A stretch of DNA of 37,317 nt from Polyangiaceae bacterium (GCA_044222475.1 JBGANF010000083.1:1-37317); one strand, 5' to 3'. Shown: positions 21,078-30,567, numbered from the stretch's first letter. Made by a program: numbers and translations. Notes: generated by a model from the sequence alone, not told the origin.

Positions 21078-21635
21078 ATGGACCGCGTTCTGTTCTTCGC
21101 GAAGCGCACTCATTTTTCGTACACCACGGACGCCAATCGGCGCGTCCGGGAGTGGAGTCTCACCGCCGGCCGCATCGATCTCCTTGCGACTCATCGGGCC
21201 GAGCTTCTTCGGCACGGAGTCGTCTACCAGTCCCACCTCCGCGCGCGCCTCGCCGTCAAGAGGGCTACCGTCTGCATCATGCTTCGGCGCATGGAGAAGC
21301 TCGGCCTGATCCGGCGGCGGCGCAGCGAAACGGACCGGCGCCAGGTCGTCGTCACCGTCACCGCTGCCGGCAACGCCGCGTTCGAGAAGGTCCGTCACCT
21401 CGTCGATGGCGGTGCATACCGCCGCGTGGTCGACGACACACTCGACTGGCTCGACGTCGACGTTCCGTTGCCCGAGAAGCGCGGTCGCTTGCTGAGCTAC
21501 CTCGGCACGATTTGCGCGCGACTCGGCGACGTAGGCTCGCCTCCATACCCAGCAGAGCCGCTCCCTAGTCTGTGCGGCGCGGCCAACGACGCCGAAGCCG
21601 CCGCGATGGCGCTCCTTCGGAAGTACGTCGCCTGA
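21078..21635 (+). CDS. MarR-family winged-helix regulator
   Basis: HTH (QSHLRARLAVKRATVCIMLRRMEKLGLI) and wing DRRQVVVTVTAAG. Confidence 0.8.
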   Translation: MDRVLFFAKRTHFSYTTDANRRVREWSLTAGRIDLLATHRAELLRHGVVYQSHLRARLAVKRATVCIMLRRMEKLGLIRRRRSETDRRQVVVTVTAAGNAAFEKVRHLVDGGAYRRVVDDTLDWLDVDVPLPEKRGRLLSYLGTICARLGDVGSPPYPAEPLPSLCGAANDAEAAAMALLRKYVA

Positions 21636-21639
21636 CGCC

Positions 21640-22623
21640 TCAGATCCAGCCCTTGGCGCGGTACCAGTTCGCCGTCTCTTTCACGCCGTCGTTCAGGCTC
21701 CACTGCGGATCCCACTTCAGATCTTCGAACGTCCGTGACGCATCGCAGACGAAGTGTTGCAGAAGCATGTTCGCCTTCTCCGGCGTGAGCATCACGGCTT
21801 TGTCCGCCGTCTTCCCGTAGAGCGCGACCCCTCGCGCGACGGTCTTGAGGAGACCGGCCGGCAGGCTCAGCCGAACCAGCGCTCGTTTGCCGAGCGCCTT
21901 CTCCACCGTCTCGAGGAACTCCTTCTGGGTCATCGGTCCGGTTCGGTCCACGACGAAGTAGATGCTCCCGCTCGGCACGTCGGCGTCGACCGCCTTGATG
22001 CACGCCGCCGCGCAGTCGGGGCCGTACACGAAGACGCCGAGCGCTTTGCCACCGGAGATCGTCGGCATCAGCCCGCGCGAAACCGACTTGAACGCATCGA
22101 GGATCTCCGTGTCCCGCGGACCGTAGATCGCGCCCGGCCGCAGGATCGTGATCGGCAGGTCGCTCTTCGCTTCGAGCACCGCCTTCTCCGCCGCTTTCTT
22201 GGAACGTCCATAGGCGGTGCACGGGTCCTCTTGCTCCACCGGCACCGGCTTCCCGTCTCGCGATGGGCCCGACACCTCGAGGCTCGACACGTGGACGAAC
22301 CGGCGGAGCTTCGCGTCCGAGCGCTTCGCGGCCGCGATCAGATTACGTGTACCTTGCACGTTGACGCGGTGGAACTCGTCGTCGTCCTTCGCCTTCACGA
22401 GGCCCGCGGAGTGGATGATGGCGTCGACGCCCTCGACCGCCTTCGCGACGGCGTCCGCGTCTTCGACCGCGCCCTCGGCGAACTCGATTCGATCGAGGCT
22501 CTCGAGGTGCTTCTTGTTCGACGTCTTGCGCACGAGGACGCGCACGTCGTGGTTTTGCTTCGAGAGAAGCTCAGCCACCCAGCCGCCCAGAAACCCACTC
22601 GCACCAGTGACGAGGACCTTCAT
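21640..22623 (-). CDS. NAD-dependent epimerase/dehydratase (extended SDR)
   Basis: VTGASGFLG, VSS, YGRSK (YxxxK), RPGAIYGP. Confidence 0.92.
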   Translation of the reverse strand: MKVLVTGASGFLGGWVAELLSKQNHDVRVLVRKTSNKKHLESLDRIEFAEGAVEDADAVAKAVEGVDAIIHSAGLVKAKDDDEFHRVNVQGTRNLIAAAKRSDAKLRRFVHVSSLEVSGPSRDGKPVPVEQEDPCTAYGRSKKAAEKAVLEAKSDLPITILRPGAIYGPRDTEILDAFKSVSRGLMPTISGGKALGVFVYGPDCAAACIKAVDADVPSGSIYFVVDRTGPMTQKEFLETVEKALGKRALVRLSLPAGLLKTVARGVALYGKTADKAVMLTPEKANMLLQHFVCDASRTFEDLKWDPQWSLNDGVKETANWYRAKGWI

Positions 22624-22647
22624 GCGCCGCTTTGTAGCACTTCGTCG

Positions 22648-23505
22648 TCACCGCATCGCGGCGAAGCGACCGACCTCGGTGGCGCGTCCTTCGGCGTCGA
22701 GCCGGCACACCTCCTCCTCGAAGTCGGCGACGCGGTAGGCGCCAGCGCCATGGCTCTCGACCCGAACGAGGACCTTCCCCTCGGGCGTCGGGTCGACGCG
22801 GAAGCGCGGCACGGCGCCGGCCTCGACCTCCGAGACGAACGCGGCGCGGCGACGTTCGCGGATGGTCGCCAGGACGGCAGTCGCGCAGCCGAGCAGCATC
22901 CCGCTCGCGGCCAACACGCCAGCGAAGATCCGGCCGGACGGAGCGAACGGAGGTGCCAACCCGAGCTCCGGATCAGGAACCGAATGCGTGCTCCATGTCA
23001 GCGCCAGCGCGATCGCCCCGAGGATCGCGCACGCGACGCCGATGATTCGCTCACCGCGCTCCTTGCCGGCGAGCCCCTTGGTCGCGAGGTGCTGGGCCCA
23101 CGCGATCGGGGCGCCGAAGCACGCGACCGTCGCGAGGAGCGCCGGACCCCAGATGAAGATCCCGAGCGTCGCGCCGAGGACGAGCCCCATCAGGATCTCG
23201 GCCACCTCCAACCCGGTTCGATCGGTGGCGAAGAGCGCGGCACAACACAGTCCGCCGTTCAACGCCGCGAGCGGGATCGAGGCGAGCCAGCCCCAGCGCA
23301 GGCGCGAACCTCCGATCGTGGCCGGGTGACGCAGCACGGCCGCCCACAACGCGCCGAGGTAGAGTGTCGGGACGCCGACCGCCCAGCCCGAGGCGAGCAT
23401 CGTCGTACCGAAGACCGCCGCGGTGCAGGCGGCGAGCGTCGCACCCACGGCGGCGACGTTGAGTCGAGCGAGCCACTTCTGAGAAGCGAACGGCGCGAGG
23501 GTCAC
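22648..23505 (-). CDS. Hypothetical integral membrane protein
   Basis: Multiple hydrophobic segments; C-terminal AYR motif; no family recognised. Confidence 0.65.
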   Translation of the reverse strand: MTLAPFASQKWLARLNVAAVGATLAACTAAVFGTTMLASGWAVGVPTLYLGALWAAVLRHPATIGGSRLRWGWLASIPLAALNGGLCCAALFATDRTGLEVAEILMGLVLGATLGIFIWGPALLATVACFGAPIAWAQHLATKGLAGKERGERIIGVACAILGAIALALTWSTHSVPDPELGLAPPFAPSGRIFAGVLAASGMLLGCATAVLATIRERRRAAFVSEVEAGAVPRFRVDPTPEGKVLVRVESHGAGAYRVADFEEEVCRLDAEGRATEVGRFAAMR

Positions 23506-23581
23506 ATCGATGGACGTAGCGCCATTTCCCTGGGCGACAACGCACCGACGGAGTGAACGGTCGAATTCAGCAGCCGAACGG

Positions 23582-24319
23582 TCAGCGCTGGCGGAGCGTG
23601 ACTTGGACGTCCTTCTGCTCGGACTCGCGGATGTCGAACGAGAGCTCGGTCGCAGCGAACCCTTGCGCCACCGCGCTGATGCGGTGCTGTCCAGGATCGA
23701 CCGGCTTGGGGACGCCGATCAACGCGGCGTTGAGCGGCCGCCCATCGACGGCGATCGCGAGACCGGGCGCGCCTTGCGGGATGACGACGATGCGCGCCTT
23801 GGGGATGCGCGGCTCGAGCTTCGCGAGCTCGTCGGCGGACGCCTTCTGCGACTCGAGGTACGCCGGCGGCGAGCCCGCCGGGAGCTGCGCGTTCACGATC
23901 GCGCGGTAGCCCTCCGACGCCTCGATGAGGCGACCCAGCATCGCCTTGCACTGCGCGATGCGGAACGCGGTGGTCGGTGCAGGATACACGCTCATCGAGC
24001 GCGCGAAGCTGTCGAGCGCCTCACCGGGTTTGTTCTGCTGCTGAAACGCCGCGCCCTGGTTGAAGAGATCGCGCGCAGCCGCTCGATCGGCGTCGGACGG
24101 CGGACCCGACGTGTACACCGGCGGAGGCGTCGTGTTGGTGGGCGGCGGTGCCGCCGTCGGTCCGGTGGCCGTGCCGTAGCCGGTTCCGTTCGCGGTCGCG
24201 ATCGGCTGACCGGTCCAGTAGTCGTACGTACCGGCGGGGCGCGGCGGAGGCCGCTTCTTGCAGGCGGAACCCAAGAGCCCGAGGGCCAAAAAGAGCGGGA
24301 GGAAGTGGCGAGCTTTCAT
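23582..24319 (-). CDS. TPR-like/PEGA-like lipoprotein
   Basis: LGSAC lipobox, Pro/Thr linker, AARDLFNQG helical repeat, VDPGQHRISA PEGA-like C-terminus. Confidence 0.75.
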   Translation of the reverse strand: MKARHFLPLFLALGLLGSACKKRPPPRPAGTYDYWTGQPIATANGTGYGTATGPTAAPPPTNTTPPPVYTSGPPSDADRAAARDLFNQGAAFQQQNKPGEALDSFARSMSVYPAPTTAFRIAQCKAMLGRLIEASEGYRAIVNAQLPAGSPPAYLESQKASADELAKLEPRIPKARIVVIPQGAPGLAIAVDGRPLNAALIGVPKPVDPGQHRISAVAQGFAATELSFDIRESEQKDVQVTLRQR

Positions 24320-24356
24320 GTGCGCCGCGTGAGCATACCGCACGCCCTTTCGCTCA

Positions 24357-25745
24357 TCATTGCTTCTTTACTGCTGCGTAATAGTAGCCGCTGGATCCTC
24401 GACGAATCCGCATCACGAGCACGCCGTCTGCGGCGGCTTCCTGGACCTTCACCGCGGTTGGATCGGCCGTGCCGTCCACTTCGACGATCAGGTCGCCCGC
24501 TTTGATCCCGGCGCGATCGGACGCCGATCCGGGGGACACGCTCGTCACCAACGCCGCCGACTTGCCGGCGTTGTTCATGTCGCGCACGGCGAGCCCGAGC
24601 CCCGACTGCGGGACGCCCGCCTGCTGCACCGGCAGCGGCGCCACCGGCGCTTCGGGTCGAGCGGCCAGCGTGATGGCGGTGGCGTAGTGCTTCCCTTCGC
24701 GGATCACCTCGAGCTGGACCGTCTTGCCGACGTCGTTCGCGAGAACCTCGCGGACGAGATCGTGCCCGTCGTGCACGGGCTTGCCGGCCACGCCCGCGAT
24801 GACGTCACCGGGCTTGAGCATCGCCTTCTGCGCTGGCGTCCCATCGGCCACGTTGTTGACGAGCGCACCGGCGCGCGTGTCGAGCTTCATCGCGGCCGCG
24901 AGGTCCGGCGTCAGATCCTGGGTGCCGACGCCGATCCACGCCCGCTCGACGTGACCGGTCTTGAGGATCTGATCGGCCACGCGCCGCGCCATGTTGGCCG
25001 GCACGGCGAAGCCGATGCCGCTGCCGCGCCCGACGATCATCGTGTTGATCCCGACGACCGCGCCGTCGAGGTTGCACAGCGGACCGCCGGAGTTCCCCGG
25101 GTTGATGCTCGCGTCCGTCTGGAGGTAGTCCTCGATCGCGTTGATCCCGAGCCCGCCGCGCCCCTTCGCGCTGAGCACTCCGGACGTGACGGTGTAGCCG
25201 AGCCCGAACGGCGACCCGATCGCGACGACCCACTCGCCGACCTTCGACGCGTCCGAATCGGCGAACCGCGCCGCGACGAGACCCTGCGTGTCGACCTTGA
25301 CGACTGCGAGATCGGTCGCCGGGTCGCGCCCGACGAGCTTCGCCGGCAGATAGCGTCCGTCGCGGAAGCGCACGTTGATGGACAGCGCGTTGTCGATGAC
25401 GTGGTTGTTCGTGAGGATCGCGCCGTCCGGCGTGAAGACGACGCCGGACCCGAGCTCCTTCTGGATGGGCGAGTCGCCCGAGCCGGTGAGCCAACGCGAC
25501 GTCGCGCTGTCGACGTCGTCGCGGGAGGTCACGTCGATCTGGACGACGCTCGGGCTCACGCGCTCGGCGACGGCGACGAACGCGTCCGACAGGCGGCGCG
25601 CCTCGACGGTCGACGGAGAGACGATCGGCGGCGGCTGGGTGACGACGACCGGCGGACGGGGCGGCGGGTTCGGCGGCGCGCCCTGGGCGAACGCGAGGGC
25701 GGGGAAGAAGAAGAGAACCAGACCTAGTGACGTGCGCCTGAGCAT
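24357..25745 (-). CDS. DegP/HtrA-family serine protease with two PDZ domains
   Basis: TNNHVI, DPATDLAVVK, QTDASINPGNSGGPL catalytic triad motifs; two PDZ domains. Confidence 0.95.
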   Translation of the reverse strand: MLRRTSLGLVLFFFPALAFAQGAPPNPPPRPPVVVTQPPPIVSPSTVEARRLSDAFVAVAERVSPSVVQIDVTSRDDVDSATSRWLTGSGDSPIQKELGSGVVFTPDGAILTNNHVIDNALSINVRFRDGRYLPAKLVGRDPATDLAVVKVDTQGLVAARFADSDASKVGEWVVAIGSPFGLGYTVTSGVLSAKGRGGLGINAIEDYLQTDASINPGNSGGPLCNLDGAVVGINTMIVGRGSGIGFAVPANMARRVADQILKTGHVERAWIGVGTQDLTPDLAAAMKLDTRAGALVNNVADGTPAQKAMLKPGDVIAGVAGKPVHDGHDLVREVLANDVGKTVQLEVIREGKHYATAITLAARPEAPVAPLPVQQAGVPQSGLGLAVRDMNNAGKSAALVTSVSPGSASDRAGIKAGDLIVEVDGTADPTAVKVQEAAADGVLVMRIRRGSSGYYYAAVKKQ

Positions 25746-25811
25746 GATGATGCGTTGCCTCGACGTGGGAACCGCTGCCCGCCAGCGGACATTCCTGAGT
25801 GTGTCACACCG

Positions 25812-26228
25812 TCACATCGCGGCGACCCACTTCATGAGCGAGCCGCACAGGTCGGATTGGGGGTTCCGCTCGCGCTCCAGGCGAAGCCCGGTGCGGAAGA
25901 GCTCTGCCGCGGTCTTCTCTTCGCCGATGACGACGTTGCAGATCCCGAGGAGCTCGAAGTCGTGGGGATCGCCCATGGCGCCGAGCATCTCTTGAAGAGG
26001 CGTCATGGCTGCACGGTAGGCGGCGACTTGCGCCGGCGTCGTCTTCGACGGCGGGACCTTCGCGTTGACCACCAGCTTGATTGCATGCCGCTGCTCGTCC
26101 ATCGGGTAGCTGCGGAACTCCGCGCTCACGAACAGCTCGGCGTACGCGTTGTAGGCGTCGTCGACCTTGCCCGTCTTCGCGAGCCCGAGGATCTCCTTCA
26201 CGCGCTTGACCAGTGCTTCCGTTGCCAT
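25812..26228 (-). CDS. Hypothetical helical (TPR-like) protein
   Basis: 138-aa ORF with good codon bias; helical repeats. Confidence 0.6.
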   Translation of the reverse strand: MATEALVKRVKEILGLAKTGKVDDAYNAYAELFVSAEFRSYPMDEQRHAIKLVVNAKVPPSKTTPAQVAAYRAAMTPLQEMLGAMGDPHDFELLGICNVVIGEEKTAAELFRTGLRLERERNPQSDLCGSLMKWVAAM

Positions 26229-26237
26229 GGGGGAACC

Positions 26238-26771
26238 CTATGCCGAGGCCTTGCCCTTGCGAAAGGCGAAAAACGCGGCGGCCGCAAACAGAACGACGAA
26301 CACCGCCGCCAGGATCTTCATGATGGGGAACGCGTGGCTTTCGTCTTCGGCTCGGGCGTCGTTCGTTTCGACGCTGGCGGGGTTGCCATTGCCGCCCCCG
26401 CCACCCCCTTTTCCGCCGCCGCCGCCGCCGCCGGCTTGGGCCCCGCCGCTGCCGCCGGCACCACCCGCTTGGTCCCCGCCGGCCCCTCCGGCCGCTGCGC
26501 CTGCGCTGGCGGCGCCGCCGGCGCTCCCCGCCGCGCCCGCTTTTCCGCCGCCTTTTTCCCCCTGGCCTGCGCCCGCGCCGCCTTTGTCGCCTTCGCCGCC
26601 CTTGCCGTCGAACCGCTGCACCGTTTCGCTCGCCGAGTGACCCACCCGAGAGCCGACGACCTTGAAGACGACGGCCGCGACGACGATGAGGAGGAAGAGC
26701 AGGATGGCGTACTCGACGCTACTCGCGCCTCGCGAGCTCGCTCGGAAACGTCGGCGTCGGTGGCGCTGCAT
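26238..26771 (-). CDS. Flp/Fap pilin-like protein with Gly-rich linker and C-terminal TM anchor
   Basis: Basic leader, then RG|ASSVEYAILL (prepilin G|xxxxEY motif) and hydrophobic helix; G/A-rich linker; final TM helix followed by RKGK. Confidence 0.65.
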   Translation of the reverse strand: MQRHRRRRFRASSRGASSVEYAILLFLLIVVAAVVFKVVGSRVGHSASETVQRFDGKGGEGDKGGAGAGQGEKGGGKAGAAGSAGGAASAGAAAGGAGGDQAGGAGGSGGAQAGGGGGGGKGGGGGGNGNPASVETNDARAEDESHAFPIMKILAAVFVVLFAAAAFFAFRKGKASA

Positions 26772-26936
26772 GGACGAGCGTATCGTAGACGAACCGAGCG
26801 TCGTCGCTCGGGGTTTTCGCCCGCGCTCCATTTTTTCGCTGCGGCTCCACGTTCGCTTCGTCCGGGCGGAAATCGACGTTCGAGCGTGCTCACCGCTACC
26901 CTGCCTCGTGATTCCATGGGACAACACGGACCTGGC

Positions 26937-28937
26937 ATGACGCTGCGATCTTCCACGATCTTCGTCGCCTTCGGCGCTCTCGTCACCATCGGCCTCTGCA
27001 GCGCCACGGCGCACGCCGGATCGTTCGACGAGAGCGGTCGGTTCCGCTTCGACGATCGCTCCATCGTGCGCGAGACGTTCATCGACGGTCGCGGCCAGAA
27101 AGCGATCAAGATCGTCCGCGGCGCGGACGCGATCGACGGCGCGGGTTACGGCACCGTCGACTCGCAACAGGATCAGTTCTCCATGCCGGTCGCGTTTCCG
27201 AAGCAGGACGCATCGTACCGCGCTCGGATGTTCGTGCGGAAGAACCGCGTCATCTCGAGCGTGAACGTCGGGTATCCCGCGGACGGCGGCTCGCCGGGTT
27301 TCTTCGCGCGCTTCTTCCCGACTGGGCTCGTCACGAGCGACGGTTGGTACGAGGTCGCGACCGCTCCGTTCTCGGTGCAGGGCTCGCGCGGCGCGACGGG
27401 CTCGCTCTCCATCTTCGCGAACGGAGCCGACGTCGACGCGTTCGAGATCGTCCCCGAAGGGGACTTCCGCCGCCTCTCCGCGTGCAAACCCCCGGTCGAC
27501 TCCGCCTGTCGCGCGAACGAGCAGTGCGTCGCCGGTTGGTGCCGCGACGAGAACCTGCCGCTCCCCGCGCTTCCGCCGGCGCGTGATCGCGACGACGTCG
27601 TGACGTACCTCCAGAACCGCATTCGATTCTTCTTCGGCGGTCGCTACACGCGCATCAATCGCATGCCGATCGCGCTCGCCACGCTCGAGCGCGCGCGTAC
27701 CGCCGGCTCCGGTTGGGAGTTCTGGAACGGGCTCACCACGGCGATCCGCCAGCTCCGCGACTGGCACACGACGATGAACGGTCCGCCCATGCCGGGCGGC
27801 CGGGGTGTCCTTCCGGTCTGCTTCGTCGAGGGCGACGCAGACATGTCGCACGGCATCGTCCCGAAGGACGCGAAGTACCCCGACGTCCTCGTGTCCCATG
27901 GTGGGACGCAGAAGAACTCGGGTCTCAAGTCCGGCGATCGGCTCGTCGCGGTCAACGGGATGCACCCGATCGCGTTCGCCGAGTCGCTCGAGTCGTACGA
28001 CTGGAACATGTGGCGCGCGAACGACCCCGGTACCACCGCCGAGCCGGTCGAGCGCATGAGTGGCCTCATTCGCCGCTTCGCCGACAACTTCACCGTCATT
28101 CGATGCGACGCTGGCGTGTGCGGCGCGCCGGAGACGATCTCGGTCGCGTCGCTCCCCGATGGGAACGCCCCGTCGCCGTACTGCGATCACCGCCCTGGCT
28201 ACCACCTCGCGAGCGGCGGCCCGGATCCCGCGATTCACGACTCGTACAACGGCCCGTTCCACGGCCTCCTCGCCGACAGCCAGTCGGGCGAAGATCTCTA
28301 CGGGATGATCTGGAACGACGTGTACCTCGAGCAGAAGAACAACCCGTACGCCGAGGGCATGGACGAGTTTCGCGCCAAGGCGAAGGGCGTCGTCCTCGAT
28401 CACCGGCTCGGGAACGGTGGCGTGGAGCCCGCGGCCGAGTACCTGACGAAGCTCTTCCGCAAGCCGGCGACGCTCGCCGCGTGGGGAGGCTTCCACCTCA
28501 CGACGACGCTCTACGACGACCCGTGGACTCCGGCCGACGGCATCAGCCTCTACTCGTTGTTCCTCAACACGGAGGCGTACAACGTGGGCGACAATGCGGC
28601 GCGGAACACCGGCATGCCCACCGCGCTCCTCCTCGCGCGCGACGGCAGCGCGAGCGACTGGTTCCCGCTCGGCATGGTGGGGCTCACGAACGTGCGCGTC
28701 TTCGGTCGGCAGACCGCGGGCGCGTTCTCGTCGTACATCGAGTTCGATCTCTACGGCCAGCTCGCGTGGCGCCTCGCCAGCGGCGATCTCCTCGAGCCCG
28801 ATGGCAACACGCGCATCGGTCGCGGCGTGGTGCCCACCGAAGTGGTTCTCCCGCTCCAGTCCGATCTCACGCAGGGCAAGGACACCGCGTACCTGCGAGC
28901 GCTCGATTGGATTCGCACCTGCTCGGGGTGCAAATGA
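26937..28937 (+). CDS. Secreted S41-family (tail-specific/tricorn-like) peptidase with PDZ
   Basis: Signal peptide; GDRLVAVNG (PDZ); LDHRLGNGG, GSASDWF, GRQTAGAF, GRGVVP...D...RAL.W motifs. Confidence 0.78.
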   Translation: MTLRSSTIFVAFGALVTIGLCSATAHAGSFDESGRFRFDDRSIVRETFIDGRGQKAIKIVRGADAIDGAGYGTVDSQQDQFSMPVAFPKQDASYRARMFVRKNRVISSVNVGYPADGGSPGFFARFFPTGLVTSDGWYEVATAPFSVQGSRGATGSLSIFANGADVDAFEIVPEGDFRRLSACKPPVDSACRANEQCVAGWCRDENLPLPALPPARDRDDVVTYLQNRIRFFFGGRYTRINRMPIALATLERARTAGSGWEFWNGLTTAIRQLRDWHTTMNGPPMPGGRGVLPVCFVEGDADMSHGIVPKDAKYPDVLVSHGGTQKNSGLKSGDRLVAVNGMHPIAFAESLESYDWNMWRANDPGTTAEPVERMSGLIRRFADNFTVIRCDAGVCGAPETISVASLPDGNAPSPYCDHRPGYHLASGGPDPAIHDSYNGPFHGLLADSQSGEDLYGMIWNDVYLEQKNNPYAEGMDEFRAKAKGVVLDHRLGNGGVEPAAEYLTKLFRKPATLAAWGGFHLTTTLYDDPWTPADGISLYSLFLNTEAYNVGDNAARNTGMPTALLLARDGSASDWFPLGMVGLTNVRVFGRQTAGAFSSYIEFDLYGQLAWRLASGDLLEPDGNTRIGRGVVPTEVVLPLQSDLTQGKDTAYLRALDWIRTCSGCK

Positions 28938-29725
28938 GCGTGCAAATGAACGCGCGGTTCTTGGCTCTCCTGGCGTTCCCCGTGATCGTCGCGTGCGGCA
29001 CCGAACCGGAGCCGAAGCCGATCGCGGCCGCGACGCCGCCGATCGACACGAGCGGCTCGAGCGGTACGATCCGCTCCGTCGGCTATCGGAACCCGCTCGG
29101 TCACGTGCAGGTGACGGACAACCTCTTCGCCGACGGTGACTTCGAGTGGACGGGTCGCTCCGGCCAGATGCCGTGGGTCGTCTTCGGCAACGGAGGGCAG
29201 GGGACGCTCACGTACATGACCGGCGGCCAGTGCTACTCCGGCGTCCGCTGCGCGTTCGTCGCGAAGGGCCAGACGATGATCGGCTACCTCGCGACGCCGG
29301 CGTCGGTGAACGCCGAGGTGTCGATCAAGGTGAAGGGATCGACCGGCAAGTGCAACGAAGTGAACATCATCGTGGTGGATCAGACGGAGAAAGGTCCGAC
29401 GTCGTCGCTCTTCTCGGGCACCCCCACCCCTGAAGCGACGGGGTGGTGCACCTACCGCGGGACGATGAAGAACCTCGCGCGGCTTCAGCCGATCCTCTAC
29501 GTGTCTCCGCTCACCGCGGGCGGCGTCACCGTCGACGACGCGATCGCCGAGGAGATCACCACCAAGTACGTGGCCCTCGCCGACGGCGCACCCCCGCCCC
29601 CGGCGCTCGTCGCCGAGGCGCAGGCGACGGCGCGCTGGTTCCGCGAGCACCGCATCTTCGGTCTCCCTCGGGGGCCGCACGTCGACGAGCCGCCGAAAAA
29701 CCTCTTGCCCCCCACCGCGGAATAG
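28934..29725 (+). CDS. Lipoprotein with CBM-like domain
   Basis: ATGA overlap with the S41 gene; IVAC lipobox; NLFADGDFE motif. Confidence 0.7.
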   Translation: MSVQMNARFLALLAFPVIVACGTEPEPKPIAAATPPIDTSGSSGTIRSVGYRNPLGHVQVTDNLFADGDFEWTGRSGQMPWVVFGNGGQGTLTYMTGGQCYSGVRCAFVAKGQTMIGYLATPASVNAEVSIKVKGSTGKCNEVNIIVVDQTEKGPTSSLFSGTPTPEATGWCTYRGTMKNLARLQPILYVSPLTAGGVTVDDAIAEEITTKYVALADGAPPPPALVAEAQATARWFREHRIFGLPRGPHVDEPPKNLLPPTAE

Positions 29726-29743
29726 CGTACCTACACCTACACC

Positions 29744-30148
29744 ATGCGCAACCTTCCCACCTTCGCCCTCCTGTTTCTTGGTGCCGCGGCCGTTGGTTGC
29801 GCCAGCAGCGACCCCGCGCCGAAGGCGCCGGTCGCGCGTGATCAGAGTTCGTATCAGCCGGCCGAGTACGTCGAGATGAGCTTCGACGGAAAGACCGAAG
29901 AAGCGACGCCGAAGCCGGCGACGACCGCGACCCCGCGCCCGACGGACAAGCCGAACGTCGCGACGAACGGTCAGCGCAAGCGGAGCTTGGGCGTCCCAAT
30001 TTGGGACATGAGGTTGCTCTCGCGTCGCGCTCCGGCGCGTAGTGCTTACTGTGTGCCTCGCTCGGCTTTTTCGATCGTGCCAGCTTGCTCGGCGGCATCA
30101 AGGCCAAGCCGCCTTCGGCGGTGGCGCGGAAGACCGCGCCAGCCTTGA
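29744..30148 (+). CDS. Small lipoprotein, C-terminus probably replaced by read-through into the repeat unit
   Basis: AVGC lipobox and P/T-rich linker up to ~29990; after that the frame crosses the palindrome and leader with non-protein-like sequence. Confidence 0.55.
   Translation: MRNLPTFALLFLGAAAVGCASSDPAPKAPVARDQSSYQPAEYVEMSFDGKTEEATPKPATTATPRPTDKPNVATNGQRKRSLGVPIWDMRLLSRRAPARSAYCVPRSAFSIVPACSAASRPSRLRRWRGRPRQP
29993..30007. repeat. GTCCCA-N3-TGGGAC palindrome (left end of unit A)
   Basis: GTCCCAATTTGGGAC; related copies at 31078, 33503 and (degenerate) 11764. Confidence 0.85.
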
Positions 30149-30210
30149 CGCCGCCTCCGCGAGCTGGCGCGGCGAAACGCCGTCGCGCGGGTGCGCGGGG
30201 CAAGGAGAAC
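30054..30210 (+). promoter_or_regulatory. Conserved structured leader of four-helix-bundle gene A
   Basis: Conserved with the reverse complement of ~30880-31036; TCAAGGC...GCCTTGA stem enclosing two hairpins; AAGGAG RBS. Confidence 0.6.
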
Positions 30211-30213
30211 ACC

Positions 30214-30530
30214 ATGCTCAAAGTTCAAACGTTTGCTCTCGAAACCGTGAAGTCGTTGGCTCCGGCGGTGAGGGGAGATCACAGCTCAGGACCCGGACTT
30301 GGGGCGGCAGCTGCGGCGCGCGGCCTCCAGCATCGTCCTCAACATCGCGGAAGGCTCAGGACACCGGAACGGCAACTCCAGGCTGCGGTTTCGTACGGCG
30401 TTTGAAGCTCGACGCGCGAAACATGGCGCGCTCGAGCTCGCGGCAGCGTGGGGCTACGTCGAACGGGACGAGCTCATCTTGGCGGCGTTGGATCGCATCG
30501 CGGGAACGCTGTACCGGTTGGCGGCGTGGA
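30214..30530 (+). pseudogene. Four-helix-bundle protein (23S rRNA IVP/Avd-like), copy A, frameshifted
   Basis: MLKVQTFALETVKSLAPAVR / EITAQDPDLGRQLRRAASSIVLNIAEG...RFRTAF..GALELAAAWGYV...LDRIAGTLYRL; QLRRAASSIVLNIAEG is the family signature; +1 shift near 30273; stop lost. Confidence 0.85.
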
Positions 30531-30534
30531 GAGA

Positions 30535-30562
30535 GGTGGGGCCGCAACGCGCGGGCCCCGCC
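30535..30562. terminator. GC-rich hairpin between the two convergent four-helix-bundle genes
   Basis: GGTGGGGCCGC-AACGC-GCGGGCCCCGCC imperfect stem; no U-tract. Confidence 0.4.
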
Positions 30563-30567
30563 AACCG

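Noticed and set aside
25755..26936. N-terminal 394 aa of the 1060-aa ORF
   Set aside because: Overlaps two better-supported minus-strand genes; the real S41 gene starts at the signal peptide near 26937
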